A stretch of 64,000 bases of DNA. Origin: Candidatus Latescibacterota bacterium (GTDB taxonomy: Bacteria > Latescibacterota > UBA2968). The stretch covers positions 2,880,001-2,944,000 of the forward strand of contig OZ242311.1 of the NCBI GenBank assembly GCA_965207885.1, given 5' to 3'. This document shows, piece after piece, positions 10,591 to 20,508 of the stretch. The notes under the pieces were generated by a model. The model was not told where the DNA came from. It saw only the letters and a program-made list of their open reading frames with translations, and did no database searches. Numbering within the stretch: position 1 is the stretch's first letter; the number at the start of each line of letters is the position of its first letter. Both the position numbers and the translations under genes were made by a program.

Positions 10591-11670
10591 TCACCCTCTT
10601 TGTCCGCGCTGGCGCAAATAGTGGTCCGCCAGTACGAGTGCCATCATCGCTTCGACAATGGGAACTGCGCGAGGTAAGACGCAGGGGTCGTGCCTACCGC
10701 GCCCTTTGAGAGTGGTGGGACTGCCGTGGATATCGACGGTTTCTTGCTCGGCCAAAATTGTGGCAGTGGGCTTGAAAGCTGCGCGAATGACGATGGGTTC
10801 GCCGTTGGAGATACCGCCCTGAATACCGCCGGAATGATTTGTGCGCGTGTGAATGCCGCTGCCATCGTTGTAAAAGGGATCGTTGTGTGCAGAACCAGTC
10901 ATCGCAATACCGCCAAAACCAGAGCCGGATTCGAAACCCTTGCAGGCAGGCAATGAAAGCATGGACTTGGCGAAGTCTGCTTCGAGTTTGTCAAAGACGG
11001 GTTCGCCCCAGCCGGGAGGAACGCGATGGGCAACGGCCTCGACCACGCCACCGAGAGAATCGCCATCTTTGCGGGCGGCATCGATGCGCTGAATGATTTG
11101 CTCGGCAATCTCGGAATCGGGCACGCGGGCGATATTCGACTCGACCTGCTCGCGGGTCACCGCGACGGGATCGACATTGGCAACAAGGGTGTGAACCTGG
11201 CGCACATAAGCGATAATATCGATATTGCAATCGCGTTTTAGCAATTTGCGCGCAATCGCACCTGCGGCAACGCGGCCGATTGTCTCGCGCGCACTGGCTC
11301 TCCCCCCCCCTTTCCAGTTGCGAATGCCGTATTTTTGCTGATATGTGTAATCGGCGTGCGAAGGTCGGTATTTGGTGCGTATTTCTTCGTAATCTTTGGA
11401 ACGCGCATCCTGATTCCACACCATCATCGATATCGGCGTGCCAAGGGTTTTGCCCTCAAAAAGCCCCGAGTGGATTTCTATCTGGTCTTCTTCTTTGCGC
11501 TGTGTGGTAATTTTGCTCTGGCCAGGTTTGCGACGGTCGAGTTCAATCTGTATATCTTCTTCGCTGATCTCCAGGCCGGGCGGGCATCCATCCAGAACAA
11601 CACCAACGCCACCACCGTGTGACTCCCCCCATGTGGTGATGCGAAATGCGCGACCAAATGTGCTGCTCAT
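10591..11670 (-). CDS. aroC: Chorismate synthase
   Basis: [45 protein letters not shown]. Confidence 0.97.
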   Translation of the reverse strand: MSSTFGRAFRITTWGESHGGGVGVVLDGCPPGLEISEEDIQIELDRRKPGQSKITTQRKEEDQIEIHSGLFEGKTLGTPISMMVWNQDARSKDYEEIRTKYRPSHADYTYQQKYGIRNWKGGGRASARETIGRVAAGAIARKLLKRDCNIDIIAYVRQVHTLVANVDPVAVTREQVESNIARVPDSEIAEQIIQRIDAARKDGDSLGGVVEAVAHRVPPGWGEPVFDKLEADFAKSMLSLPACKGFESGSGFGGIAMTGSAHNDPFYNDGSGIHTRTNHSGGIQGGISNGEPIVIRAAFKPTATILAEQETVDIHGSPTTLKGRGRHDPCVLPRAVPIVEAMMALVLADHYLRQRGQRG

Positions 11671-11763
11671 AACAAGCTCCTCTATATCATGACGTGAGTG
11701 GTATGCAAATGTACCCAATGGATAGTGGGGAGTCAAGCAACGCGCAATACTCAGCAGTGTTGC

Positions 11764-12717
11764 TCAGGCAAACACAACCGCCGCGAGTTGTTGCGCAATG
11801 GATTTTACAGGGGCGGGATTCACGTTGCTCAATACAATAATACAGACCTCGTCATCTAAAAACCGCAACAAAACCGTGTTGAATCCCGATACGCTACCGC
11901 CGTGCATAACAGATCCATTGTCCTCCACGCGCCAGCCGCAGGCGTAATTGTTCAACACCGGCGTAAACATCTGCTCATAAGATGCCTGTGAAATCAGTTT
12001 GCCATCGCCGAGCGCGGCATCCCACTTCGCCAGATCTTCTGCTGTGGAATACAAATTTCCCCCACCGGTCAGAATCGGCATATAGATCATCGGCGAATTG
12101 ATCACGCCATTCTCTGCAGGTGCATATCCGCGTGCGCGATGTGGCAAAATTGGATCGGGATGATCGCATCCCGTATCGGTCATCTCTATAGGGTCAAATA
12201 TGTGCGCTTTCAAAAAAGTCTGATATGATTGACCCGACACTTTTTCGATCACTCGCGACAAGACAAAAAATCCCGTTCCGCTATAGTGGTATTTTGTACC
12301 CGGCGGCGCCACGAGAGGCCGGTCCACAACTTTTTGAATTGTCTCGGCAGAGGTTGCTTTCAGCGACATGGTATCGGAAAAACCAGGCAGTTCCCACACA
12401 TGCCTGATCCCCGCCGTATTGCTCAGCAGATGGTGTAATGTGATCCCGGTCCAGTGATCGGGAATGTCCGGTAAATACTCAGAGAGCAAATTGTCTATTT
12501 GGAGTTTGCCCTGCTCCGCCAATATCATCACCGCCATTGCGGTAAATGTCTTGGTTATGGAGCCAATGCGAAATTTGGTATGCAGGGCATGTGGCACGTT
12601 GTTTTCCAGGTCAGCCATCCCATATCCCTGTGCCAATAATCGCTCTCTCGACCGCACGACGAGAACCACACCCGAAAAATTGTGCGCTTGAACAACCGCA
12701 TTTAGTTTGTCTTTCAT
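11764..12717 (-). CDS. Serine hydrolase, beta-lactamase class C-like family
   Basis: FRIGSITK (SxxK), ITLHHLLSNTAG, MHGG. Confidence 0.88.
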   Translation of the reverse strand: MKDKLNAVVQAHNFSGVVLVVRSRERLLAQGYGMADLENNVPHALHTKFRIGSITKTFTAMAVMILAEQGKLQIDNLLSEYLPDIPDHWTGITLHHLLSNTAGIRHVWELPGFSDTMSLKATSAETIQKVVDRPLVAPPGTKYHYSGTGFFVLSRVIEKVSGQSYQTFLKAHIFDPIEMTDTGCDHPDPILPHRARGYAPAENGVINSPMIYMPILTGGGNLYSTAEDLAKWDAALGDGKLISQASYEQMFTPVLNNYACGWRVEDNGSVMHGGSVSGFNTVLLRFLDDEVCIIVLSNVNPAPVKSIAQQLAAVVFA

Positions 12718-12797
12718 GGATCACCTCATAAACTAAACCTGTTTTCAATGGGGTAAATGATAGCCCGACTTGACGAAAAAGCCTTATATTTGACATC

Positions 12798-13325
12798 ATG
12801 AAAATCGCAAAATACAAAAAATATCAGACGATCCCCCTCATCCTGTTTTTGTTTTTTATCGCCTGTATGCCCGAACTCGAGTTACCCGAAGCGCCTGGCC
12901 CCGTGACTGAAATGCCCGAATTTGAACAGTTTGCGATTCCCGAATACCAAATTTACAAAGACAAACCGCGTCCTGTCAATCTCGTGAGCCATCCGCGCGC
13001 GCTTCGATTCAAAGACCGCTTGATTCACGGTGCCAAAATCGGTCCCAATTTTGCGGGCGATCAAACCATTGTGCGATGGTTTTGCGGCGAAGAATGCCAG
13101 CAATTCGCCGTTATCGACGTGCGAACAGGCAGTGTAATCTTCGCGCCCTTCGTCACACATCTGGGCTTTCGTTTTCGCCTCGACAGCAAACTCCTGATCG
13201 TCAACCCTCCCGAAGCCGTCGAACGCGCCACCCGAACAATAGGCAGATCCAAATCGCACTATCGCACGGCGTATTACGTCTGGCACTACGGCGAATTTGT
13301 CGAGATCTATGCGATCAGATATTAA
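12798..13325 (+). CDS. Hypothetical lipoprotein
   Basis: Signal peptide ending FIAC; PNFAG...WFCGEEC motif. Confidence 0.7.
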   Translation: MKIAKYKKYQTIPLILFLFFIACMPELELPEAPGPVTEMPEFEQFAIPEYQIYKDKPRPVNLVSHPRALRFKDRLIHGAKIGPNFAGDQTIVRWFCGEECQQFAVIDVRTGSVIFAPFVTHLGFRFRLDSKLLIVNPPEAVERATRTIGRSKSHYRTAYYVWHYGEFVEIYAIRY

Positions 13326-13359
13326 AGGGAGCCGAGGAACTCCTCAGACTCAAAAACCA

Positions 13360-13390
13360 AAAGGCCACCTCGCAATGGAGATGGCCTCTT
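13360..13390. terminator. Hairpin between convergent genes, probable intrinsic terminator
   Basis: AGGCCA-CTC...GAG-TGGCCT stem between the lipoprotein gene and frr. Confidence 0.55.
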
Positions 13391-13414
13391 CAATTCAGCA
13401 GATCTCGTTCCGCA

Positions 13415-13972
13415 TCAAACTTCCATAATTTCTTCTTCTTTTTCTTTTAACACCTCATCGATTTTCGCGACAAATTCGTCGGTCAAATCCTGCACGCGAT
13501 CTGTTGTGCGCCTGGCATCGTCTTCGGGAATCTCGCCTTCTTTTTGCGCATCGCGGATGAGTTCATTGGCATCGCGACGGGTATTGCGAACTGAAATGCG
13601 GCTTTCTTCGGCATATTGCCTCACCACCCGCACGAGTTCTCGTCTGCGGTCTTCTGTCAACTGCGGAATGGGCAACCGAATAATCGTACCGTCATTGGTC
13701 GGTGTCAATCCCAAATTCGATTCCAGAATTGCCTTTTCAATCAGTGGAATCGCCGACTTATCCCAGGGCTGAAGCGCGATCAAACGCGGTTCTGGCACGC
13801 CCACTGTAGCGACCTGATTAATCGGCATCTGTGTACCGTAATACTCGACCCGAATTTGATCCAGCAAATGCGCATTGGCACGCCCCGTTCGCACTGTACC
13901 CATCTCATTTTGCAGGGCTATCACAGACTTTTGCATGGCCGTTCGAGCTTCAGCCATAATCTCATCAATCAC
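13415..13972 (-). CDS. frr: Ribosome recycling factor
   Basis: VRTGRAN, VEYYGTQMPINQVA, LTEDRRRELV, RISVRNTRR; GTG start after AGGAGG. Confidence 0.97.
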   Translation of the reverse strand: MIDEIMAEARTAMQKSVIALQNEMGTVRTGRANAHLLDQIRVEYYGTQMPINQVATVGVPEPRLIALQPWDKSAIPLIEKAILESNLGLTPTNDGTIIRLPIPQLTEDRRRELVRVVRQYAEESRISVRNTRRDANELIRDAQKEGEIPEDDARRTTDRVQDLTDEFVAKIDEVLKEKEEEIMEV

Positions 13973-14001
13973 GGCGTACCTCCTCTGGGCATTATAAACG
14001 C

Positions 14002-14601
14002 TTAACTCTCTTCCCCCAGGACAAAACGGGCGAATCGGCGAATGGTGATATTTTCGCCGCACTTGGCCACCAGGTCTGAGTGCAGGTCCTGAATGGTTTT
14101 GTCCGGATCCTTGACAAAAGCCTGCTCCATTAAGACCACTTCTTGATAGTATTTTTCCATGCGGCCTTCCACAATTCGATCCACGATGTGCTCGGGTTTG
14201 CCTTCGCTGAGTGCCTGGTCGCGATAAATATTCTTTTCTCTTTTCAGCATTCCGGCATCTACGTCCTCGCGATTCACAACAAGAGGTGCGGCAGCGGCGA
14301 TGTGCATAGCCACGTCTTTTGAAAACGTCTGGAACTCATCGGTACGCGCTACAAAGTCGGTCTCGCTATTGATCTCGAGCAAAACCCCCAATTGGCTTCC
14401 CGCATGGATATAAGACGCAATCGCTCCCTCTTTGGCCTGACGTCCCGCCCTGCTCTCGGCTTTGGCAATGCCCCGTTTACGCAACAACTCAACAGCCTTA
14501 TCCATGACGCCATCGGCCTCTTCAAGCGCTCGTTTACAATCCATCATGCCCACATTGGTTCTGGCACGCAACTCCTGAACCATTTTTGCAGAAATAGCCA
14601 T
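14002..14601 (-). CDS. tsf: Elongation factor Ts (short form)
   Basis: LRARTNVGMMDCKRAL, EINSETDFVA, GENITIRRFARF. Confidence 0.97.
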   Translation of the reverse strand: MAISAKMVQELRARTNVGMMDCKRALEEADGVMDKAVELLRKRGIAKAESRAGRQAKEGAIASYIHAGSQLGVLLEINSETDFVARTDEFQTFSKDVAMHIAAAAPLVVNREDVDAGMLKREKNIYRDQALSEGKPEHIVDRIVEGRMEKYYQEVVLMEQAFVKDPDKTIQDLHSDLVAKCGENITIRRFARFVLGEES

Positions 14602-14624
14602 TTCAATCTCCGTCCTCTTTTGAT

Positions 14625-15383
14625 TTAATTATTGCTGGGATCAATTTCTGTAATCTCAGGGCCTGCATCAGGCACAGGGGCATCTTCTTCTTCATCCTGT
14701 CGAACAGTTGTCCCCTCAATTACAGCCTCGGCCATCAAATTTGTAACCAGCGCAATGGACCGCATTGCATCATCATTACCCGGAATGGGATGGTCAACCT
14801 CATCCGGATCGCAATTGGTATCGACAATCGCTACAAGCGGAATTTCCAGGCGGCGCGCTTCGGCGACTGCGATTTTTTCCTTTTTGGTATCCACTACAAA
14901 TACGAGTGCTGGCAAACGCCCCATGCTGCGGATCCCACCCAGGGATTTTTGCAACTTATCGCGCTCGCGTTCCAAACGCAACACTTCCTTTTTGGTCAAC
15001 TGCTGATATGTGCCATCGCTGGCCATTTTATCCAGCGTGTCCAGGCGGCGAATGCTCTGCCGAATAGTTTGAAAATTCGTCAGCATGCCCCCCAACCAGC
15101 GGTTGTTGACAAAAAACATGTCGCAGCGTTCAGCGGCATCTGAAATGATGTCTTTGGCCTGTTTCTTCGTACCGACAAAAAGAATCGGCTGGCCTGTTTC
15201 GGCAGCCTTGCGCACAGCCTGATATGCCGTTTCGATTTGCATCTGCGTCTTTTGCAAATCGACAATGTAAATACCATTGCGTTCTGTAAAAATGTATTTC
15301 TGCATCTTTGGATTCCACCGCCGGGTTTGATGCCCGAAGTGAACGCCAGATTCGAGCAGTTGCCTCATTGAAACAACAGCCAT
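14625..15383 (-). CDS. rpsB: 30S ribosomal protein S2
   Basis: [42 protein letters not shown]. Confidence 0.98.
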   Translation of the reverse strand: MAVVSMRQLLESGVHFGHQTRRWNPKMQKYIFTERNGIYIVDLQKTQMQIETAYQAVRKAAETGQPILFVGTKKQAKDIISDAAERCDMFFVNNRWLGGMLTNFQTIRQSIRRLDTLDKMASDGTYQQLTKKEVLRLERERDKLQKSLGGIRSMGRLPALVFVVDTKKEKIAVAEARRLEIPLVAIVDTNCDPDEVDHPIPGNDDAMRSIALVTNLMAEAVIEGTTVRQDEEEDAPVPDAGPEITEIDPSNN

Positions 15384-15400
15384 GTCACCTCCTGCACTTT

Positions 15401-15473
15401 GGGTTTGTCCTCTGCATCCCTCATATTGCCGCATTGCCATCTGGCACCCGTGAAGCAATCAGGATACATGTGA
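15401..15473 (-). promoter_or_regulatory. rpsB (S2) autoregulatory leader
   Basis: Minus strand CACA-UGUAUCC...GGGUGCC...GGAUGCA-GAGG-ACAA-ACCC matches the conserved S2 leader with GGGU/ACCC pseudoknot. Confidence 0.75.
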
Positions 15474-15495
15474 TATCCAGATAAAATACTCTGGT

Positions 15496-15891
15496 TTAAC
15501 GCTTGGAGAATTGGAATTTTTTGCGCGCTCCGGGTTGCCCGGGTTTTTTTCGTTCCACTTTGCGCGGATCGCGCGTGAGCAAGCCCGCCTGGCGCAGGGG
15601 TTTGTGATTGCCCGTATTCACGCCTTGCAAACTGCGCGCAATACCCAATCGCACGGCGCCGGCCTGACCGGTCAAACCGCCCCCCTTTGCTTTGGCAACA
15701 ATATCATAAGTCCCCCGGGTCTCGGTCACATCTAAGGGCTGTTCGATAATCATCACCAATGTCTCCCGTTTGAGATAATCGAGCGCGGAAAGCCCATTGA
15801 TAACGATCGATCCCGTTCCAGGGAAAAGTTTTACATGCGCCGTTGATGTTTTTCGACGCCCCGTAGCAGAACTCAGTGGTTCAACTGCCAA
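15496..15891 (-). CDS. rpsI: 30S ribosomal protein S9
   Basis: TGRRKTS, GGGLTGQAGAVRLGIAR, LTRDPRKVERKK, QFSKR; TTG start after GGAGG. Confidence 0.97.
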   Translation of the reverse strand: MAVEPLSSATGRRKTSTAHVKLFPGTGSIVINGLSALDYLKRETLVMIIEQPLDVTETRGTYDIVAKAKGGGLTGQAGAVRLGIARSLQGVNTGNHKPLRQAGLLTRDPRKVERKKPGQPGARKKFQFSKR

Positions 15892-15904
15892 ATAATCACC
15901 TCCT

Positions 15905-16336
15905 CTATAAATCAATAGGCTCAGGAGACTGAGCCTGGTGTGGGTGCTCTGACCCGGCGTAAATACGGACCTTTTTGATCATCTGTCGCCCCAATTTGTT
16001 GTGGGGCAACATACCCCGAATCGCGTGCTCAAGTACAAATGTGGGGCGCTTTTCCAGCGCGTCTTCCAGCGTTTGCTTCTTAAGCCCACTGGGATACCCA
16101 CTATAGCTCGTATAAACCTTCTGCTGGGCTTTGTTATTGCCCTTCACCTGTATTTTTTCGGCATTTATAATAACTACGTGATCCCCCGTATCAACATGGG
16201 GGGTATAAAAAGGCTTGTGTTTGCCGCGCAAAATTCGGGCAACGCCACTGGCAAATCGCCCCAGTATCTTGCCTTCTGCATCGGCGACATACCAGGTGTG
16301 TTCAACATCACCTTTTTTGGCACTCGGTGTCATCAT
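15905..16336 (-). CDS. rplM: 50S ribosomal protein L13
   Basis: [45 protein letters not shown]. Confidence 0.98.
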   Translation of the reverse strand: MMTPSAKKGDVEHTWYVADAEGKILGRFASGVARILRGKHKPFYTPHVDTGDHVVIINAEKIQVKGNNKAQQKVYTSYSGYPSGLKKQTLEDALEKRPTFVLEHAIRGMLPHNKLGRQMIKKVRIYAGSEHPHQAQSPEPIDL

Positions 16337-16411
16337 CGTCTCAATCGCGCCGCATGGTTACGGCGCAACTCTCTCACCTCCTCTCCTAATTTTGGAATCT
16401 TTGAGCCTCTG

Positions 16412-16439
16412 AAGGTACAGTATAATCCAATTTTGTCAA
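16412..16439 (-). promoter_or_regulatory. Sigma70-type promoter for the rplM operon
   Basis: TTGACA-N16-TACCTT on the minus strand. Confidence 0.55.
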
Positions 16440-16452
16440 GTTAGAAACCCAC

Positions 16453-16736
16453 AAAAAAGCGCCACACGTCGGGTGTCGGAAAACCGACCCATCTCCGTGC
16501 GGCGCGTCGTCTGACGGAAGTTTCTGCCTCGCGATTGTCAAAAAATCGCCAATGTGGCAGATAACAAACCGCTCGATGGCTGTCTTGGATTACCAGGTGC
16601 GCTACCATTCGAGATGCTATTCCCGCTCCTGGCAGAGGCGCACCTAACGACAGCCACCTCCACTGGTCATTTCACTCATTCGACCACCTCCTTTCTTGTG
16701 TGGTTCCAATATAGCCCATGCAAAAGCGAAAGTCAA
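16453..16736 (-). ncRNA. Candidate structured small transcript (own promoter, 11-aa ORF, three hairpins, terminator)
   Basis: TTGACT-N17-TATATT (16736-16708); stems 16575-16658, 16523-16561, 16459-16505 followed by U6; G-U pairs favour the minus strand. Confidence 0.5.
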
Positions 16737-16755
16737 CCCTTGAAAGATGGAGGTA

Positions 16756-17556
16756 TTAGAAGCAGCACAGTGCAATCCCCGATGGGCGATCCAATCCCGC
16801 GGTAACGAGATCTTCAACATCTGAACCATCCAGGTTCGCACATTGAATTTTAGCCGTGCCATAGTTGTCATAGTCCCCCCAGTACATCTTCCCTTTGACG
16901 ACATCCAGAGCAATTCCCGACGGGCGATCCAATCCCGCGGTAACGAGATCTTCAACATCTGAACCATCCACGTCCGCACGTTGAATTTTAGACACGCCAG
17001 CACCCTTATAGTTCGTCCAGTACATCTTCCCTTCACCCACGTCTAAGGCAATCCCCAATGGCAGTAATTCGGTGAAAACGAGCGTTTCAACATAAGAGCC
17101 ATCCAGATTCGCACGTTGAATTTTGGTTAAGTCCGTCCAGTATATCTTACCCATGTCCAGATCCAGAACGATACCGTTGGGAATACTCATTTCGGTGAAA
17201 ACGAGCGTTTCGACATGAGAGCCATCCAGGTCCGCTCGTTGTACTTTGCACTCCACGGTCTCTCCCCAGGCCGCATCTGTCCAATATATTTTTCTTTTTT
17301 TTCCATGCACCGTCATTCCACCTGGAAGATATACATCGGTAACAACGAGATCTTCGACATCTGAACCATCCAGGTTTGCGCGCTGAATTTTGGACGTTCC
17401 AGCGTCCGTCCAGTACATCTTACCCTCGTCTCCATCCAGGGCGATGCTATTTGGAATACGCAATCCAGTAGTAACGAGATCTTTGACATCTGAACCGTCT
17501 GCGTTTGCACACTGAATTTTAGAAGTCCTCAAGTCTGTCCAATACATTTTTCTCAT
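16756..17556 (-). CDS. LDL-receptor class B (YWTD) repeat beta-propeller protein
   Basis: Six KMYWTD...KIQRANLDGSDVEDLV...PSGIALD repeats; near-identical DNA repeats at 16783-16831 and 16922-16970. Confidence 0.88.
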   Translation of the reverse strand: MRKMYWTDLRTSKIQCANADGSDVKDLVTTGLRIPNSIALDGDEGKMYWTDAGTSKIQRANLDGSDVEDLVVTDVYLPGGMTVHGKKRKIYWTDAAWGETVECKVQRADLDGSHVETLVFTEMSIPNGIVLDLDMGKIYWTDLTKIQRANLDGSYVETLVFTELLPLGIALDVGEGKMYWTNYKGAGVSKIQRADVDGSDVEDLVTAGLDRPSGIALDVVKGKMYWGDYDNYGTAKIQCANLDGSDVEDLVTAGLDRPSGIALCCF

Positions 17557-17586
17557 AGCGGCTCCAATCCAAAAATGCAAACGTGT

Positions 17587-17635
17587 AATATGTATAAATA
17601 CATATTTTTAATCATAATATATGCCTATGAACATA
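17587..17635. promoter_or_regulatory. Two putative repressor operators (TATG-N8-CATA) in an AT-rich divergent intergenic region
   Basis: Perfect palindrome AATATGTAT-AA-ATACATATT at 17587-17606; TATG-CCTATGAA-CATA at 17620-17635. Confidence 0.5.
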
Positions 17636-17668
17636 AATAAACCCATAAAATTACCTTATTTTTCATTT

Positions 17669-18085
17669 ATGATCGTAACCGGACGAAAAATAAGGGAATT
17701 ACGGCACGCAAAAAACTGGTCTCAACTCGACCTCGCCAATGCGGCCAATATTGACCAGGCAACAGTATCTCGCATTGAAGCAGAGACAAAAGTGCCCCGA
17801 ACCGATACTCTGGTCGCTATTGCTACTGCCCTGGGCGTTTCGCCAGAGGTCCTTTTGGGTGCGAATCCCGAAACAACTATCGTTTACCCGCGAGAGCGCG
17901 ATCCCGAGTTGAGCAGTATTGTGAGCGATCGGATTAATACACTCACAACAGAACAACTCAGAGAACTGAACATTTTACTGTCTTCTGAAGACGGAAAAGC
18001 TGTGCTTTCTGCCCTACTGCGCTTGCAGACAAAGGAATCACTGGAAAAAGTTCGCAGGCTTCTCGAAGTCTTAGGAGAGGAGTAA
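17669..18085 (+). CDS. XRE-family HTH transcriptional regulator
   Basis: GRKIRELRHAKNWSQLDLANAANIDQATVSRIE...TLVAIATALGVS. Confidence 0.9.
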   Translation: MIVTGRKIRELRHAKNWSQLDLANAANIDQATVSRIEAETKVPRTDTLVAIATALGVSPEVLLGANPETTIVYPRERDPELSSIVSDRINTLTTEQLRELNILLSSEDGKAVLSALLRLQTKESLEKVRRLLEVLGEE

Positions 18086-18102
18086 ACGCCTCTCACGCCA
18101 CA

Positions 18103-19341
18103 TTACACAGACTCCATCGCCCTGTACAACGCCAGCGCATCATTTACATCCCGCGCATCGGAAAAAAAAGACAACACGCGCAACAGCACACCATCCACCA
18201 CGGCATCGGGACACGAAGCACCACATGTCAGTGCGACATCCACAGGTCTTTTATCGGGCAACCAATTCTCGGCAATCTCCACCCCATGCGACCTGAGACA
18301 ATAGTGCCGAATTTCGCGTTCTGAAATCAACTCCCCGGCATCCTTCACAAAAAACGTTGGCATGGCTTCCTCGCACAATTCTACAATATGCGATGTATTC
18401 GAAGAATTGTAGCCCCCTACAACCAGAGCGATGTCTGCCCCCTGCTCGATAAGCGTGTATGTCGCATTCTGATTTTCGTTGGTGGCATAACAAAGCGTAT
18501 CTGATGTATCCGCAAAATGATCTTCGATATTCTCCGCTCCATACCGATCTGTGAGTGCCTGCCGAATGATCTCAGCTATTTTATGCGTTTCAGTAGCCAA
18601 CATCGTCGTCTGATTTACCACACCGATACGCGACAAATGGATGCTGGGATCAAATCCCTGTGAGCACTTGTGTCTAAAATACCGTTCAAAAGCACCGAGA
18701 TCGCGTTTGCCCCGAATAATATCTGATAGAATACGCGCTTCTTTCAAATTCAGTACGGCTACGACCTCTGCATTTTGAACCGCGTGAGAAAAAGTCGCCC
18801 GCGTCTCTTCGTGTATGGTCTTTCCGTGAATGATAACAGTATAATCCCCATCGCCCAATTGGGCACTGCGCTTCCACACCCTTTCGACAAATGGACATGT
18901 GGTATTGTACTGATAAGGATCAATCCCTCGCCGGGCCAACTCCTCTTGCGTTCCCACAGTCGTACCAAAAGCAGGCACCACCACGATATCTTCGGGTACG
19001 AGTTCGTCCCACGGAATGAGCTGTTCGCCAGACGGCGTAAACATAAACTGCACGCCGCGATCCTGTAGATCTGCATTCACATTGGGATTGTGAATCATCT
19101 CACTCAGGAAAAACACGCGCCGGTCCGAATGGGCTTCCAGGGTCTTATACGCAATTTCAATGGCATTCTCCACGCCAAAGCAAAACCCAAAATGCCGCGC
19201 CAAAAAAAACCTCACAGGCCCAAAATCCAGCACCGAGGGCTGCAAATCGCGCTTTTTGGGATCCGATAATTGTCGCGCTCTTTTGACCTGCGAAATGATC
19301 GGACTTTTGTAAAATTCTGGAATCTCAAATTTTCGTGCCAT
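18103..19341 (-). CDS. ispH: 4-hydroxy-3-methylbut-2-enyl diphosphate reductase
   Basis: GFCFGVENA, IHNP, TTCPFV, NQTT, TLCYATNENQ, GGYNSSNT, GASCPD. Confidence 0.95.
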   Translation of the reverse strand: MARKFEIPEFYKSPIISQVKRARQLSDPKKRDLQPSVLDFGPVRFFLARHFGFCFGVENAIEIAYKTLEAHSDRRVFFLSEMIHNPNVNADLQDRGVQFMFTPSGEQLIPWDELVPEDIVVVPAFGTTVGTQEELARRGIDPYQYNTTCPFVERVWKRSAQLGDGDYTVIIHGKTIHEETRATFSHAVQNAEVVAVLNLKEARILSDIIRGKRDLGAFERYFRHKCSQGFDPSIHLSRIGVVNQTTMLATETHKIAEIIRQALTDRYGAENIEDHFADTSDTLCYATNENQNATYTLIEQGADIALVVGGYNSSNTSHIVELCEEAMPTFFVKDAGELISEREIRHYCLRSHGVEIAENWLPDKRPVDVALTCGASCPDAVVDGVLLRVLSFFSDARDVNDALALYRAMESV

Positions 19342-19347
19342 GATGTC

Positions 19348-20361
19348 TCATTCCTCAAATGGGAGCGCAATTGCTTCGCCCGTTTCAATGGACTGATAAG
19401 CAGCCAACGCAATCTCCACGGCGGCCCGACCATCTGCACCAGACACCGGTGGATCCTCCCCATTGAGCACCGCCTCGCAAAATGCGCGAATCTCCTGGCT
19501 CACCGGGCTTTCATCTTGCGATAACTCCGATGCAGCAACCGCCGTTTCACCACCGTCGTATCGCTTGTAGCGCAAACCACCTTCACCACCCCAAAACGTA
19601 GGAAAGACCACCGAGCCTTCGGCGCAATCCAACCGCCCGCCATAACCGCCAATAGCACTTGCCTGACTCGAATGCAATACCCCTACCCCACCGTTTTTGA
19701 ATCGGATCGATACGAGTGCCACATCTGGAAAATCCGTCTCCATCTGTACGAACTGTCCACCCGCCGCAGAAACCGATTCCGCATCGCCCATCACAAAACG
19801 CATAAAATCGATTTCATGCGCATTCACTTCCATCAGCGTACCGCCACTTTTATCCCTTGACTTTCGCCACGATGCAGACCACACACCGCCCCAGCCACCG
19901 CCCAGGCGATGTACCATCAAACACAAGGGCGTTCCCAAATCGCCCCCACGAGCCAAATCGCGCACCTTGCGATGCACAGGGTGAAAGCGACACACCAGCC
20001 CAATACCCAACTTAACCCCACCCTGCTCACACGCGGCGATCATCGCATCACACCCCGCCAGTGTCGGCGACATGGGCTTTTCGCAAAACACATGCACGCC
20101 CGCCTGGGCTGCTGCAATCGTGGGATCAATGTGCAAAAACGGCGGCGTGGCAATCATGACCGCCTGCACATCCTCCCGCGCCAGCATATTGTGATAATCC
20201 ACCTCGTAATCGCAGTCTATTTTCTCAGATAGTGCCTGGCCTTTTTCACTATCCACATCGCTGACACAAACCACTTCAGCGCAGTTCAGGTCCCGCGCAC
20301 CATTGGCCAGACTCGCGCCCATATTGCCGCATCCAATCACACCCAATCCGAGTTTTGTCAT
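19348..20361 (-). CDS. Gfo/Idh/MocA family oxidoreductase
   Basis: GVIGCGNMG, IATPPFLH, HVFCEKP, SGGTLMEVNAHEID. Confidence 0.92.
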   Translation of the reverse strand: MTKLGLGVIGCGNMGASLANGARDLNCAEVVCVSDVDSEKGQALSEKIDCDYEVDYHNMLAREDVQAVMIATPPFLHIDPTIAAAQAGVHVFCEKPMSPTLAGCDAMIAACEQGGVKLGIGLVCRFHPVHRKVRDLARGGDLGTPLCLMVHRLGGGWGGVWSASWRKSRDKSGGTLMEVNAHEIDFMRFVMGDAESVSAAGGQFVQMETDFPDVALVSIRFKNGGVGVLHSSQASAIGGYGGRLDCAEGSVVFPTFWGGEGGLRYKRYDGGETAVAASELSQDESPVSQEIRAFCEAVLNGEDPPVSGADGRAAVEIALAAYQSIETGEAIALPFEE

Positions 20362-20508
20362 CCATTCCTCCAAACAGTGTTGAATACAAAAACAGGTTAT
20401 ACCATATTTTAGGAAAAAAGTCAATCCCCTTTCAACCCGTTTCAAAAATCACTTTGAAATTATCTAAAATGAAAATACCATGTCTCAAACAGAGAAAGGA
20501 GCATCCCA

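Noticed and set aside
11302-11310. Poly-C tract as a phase-variation site in aroC
   Set aside because: It encodes the conserved KGGGR motif in frame.
16644-17036. 130-aa repetitive minus-strand ORF
   Set aside because: Alternative frame of the YWTD repeats; only its last 11 codons have an independent SD.
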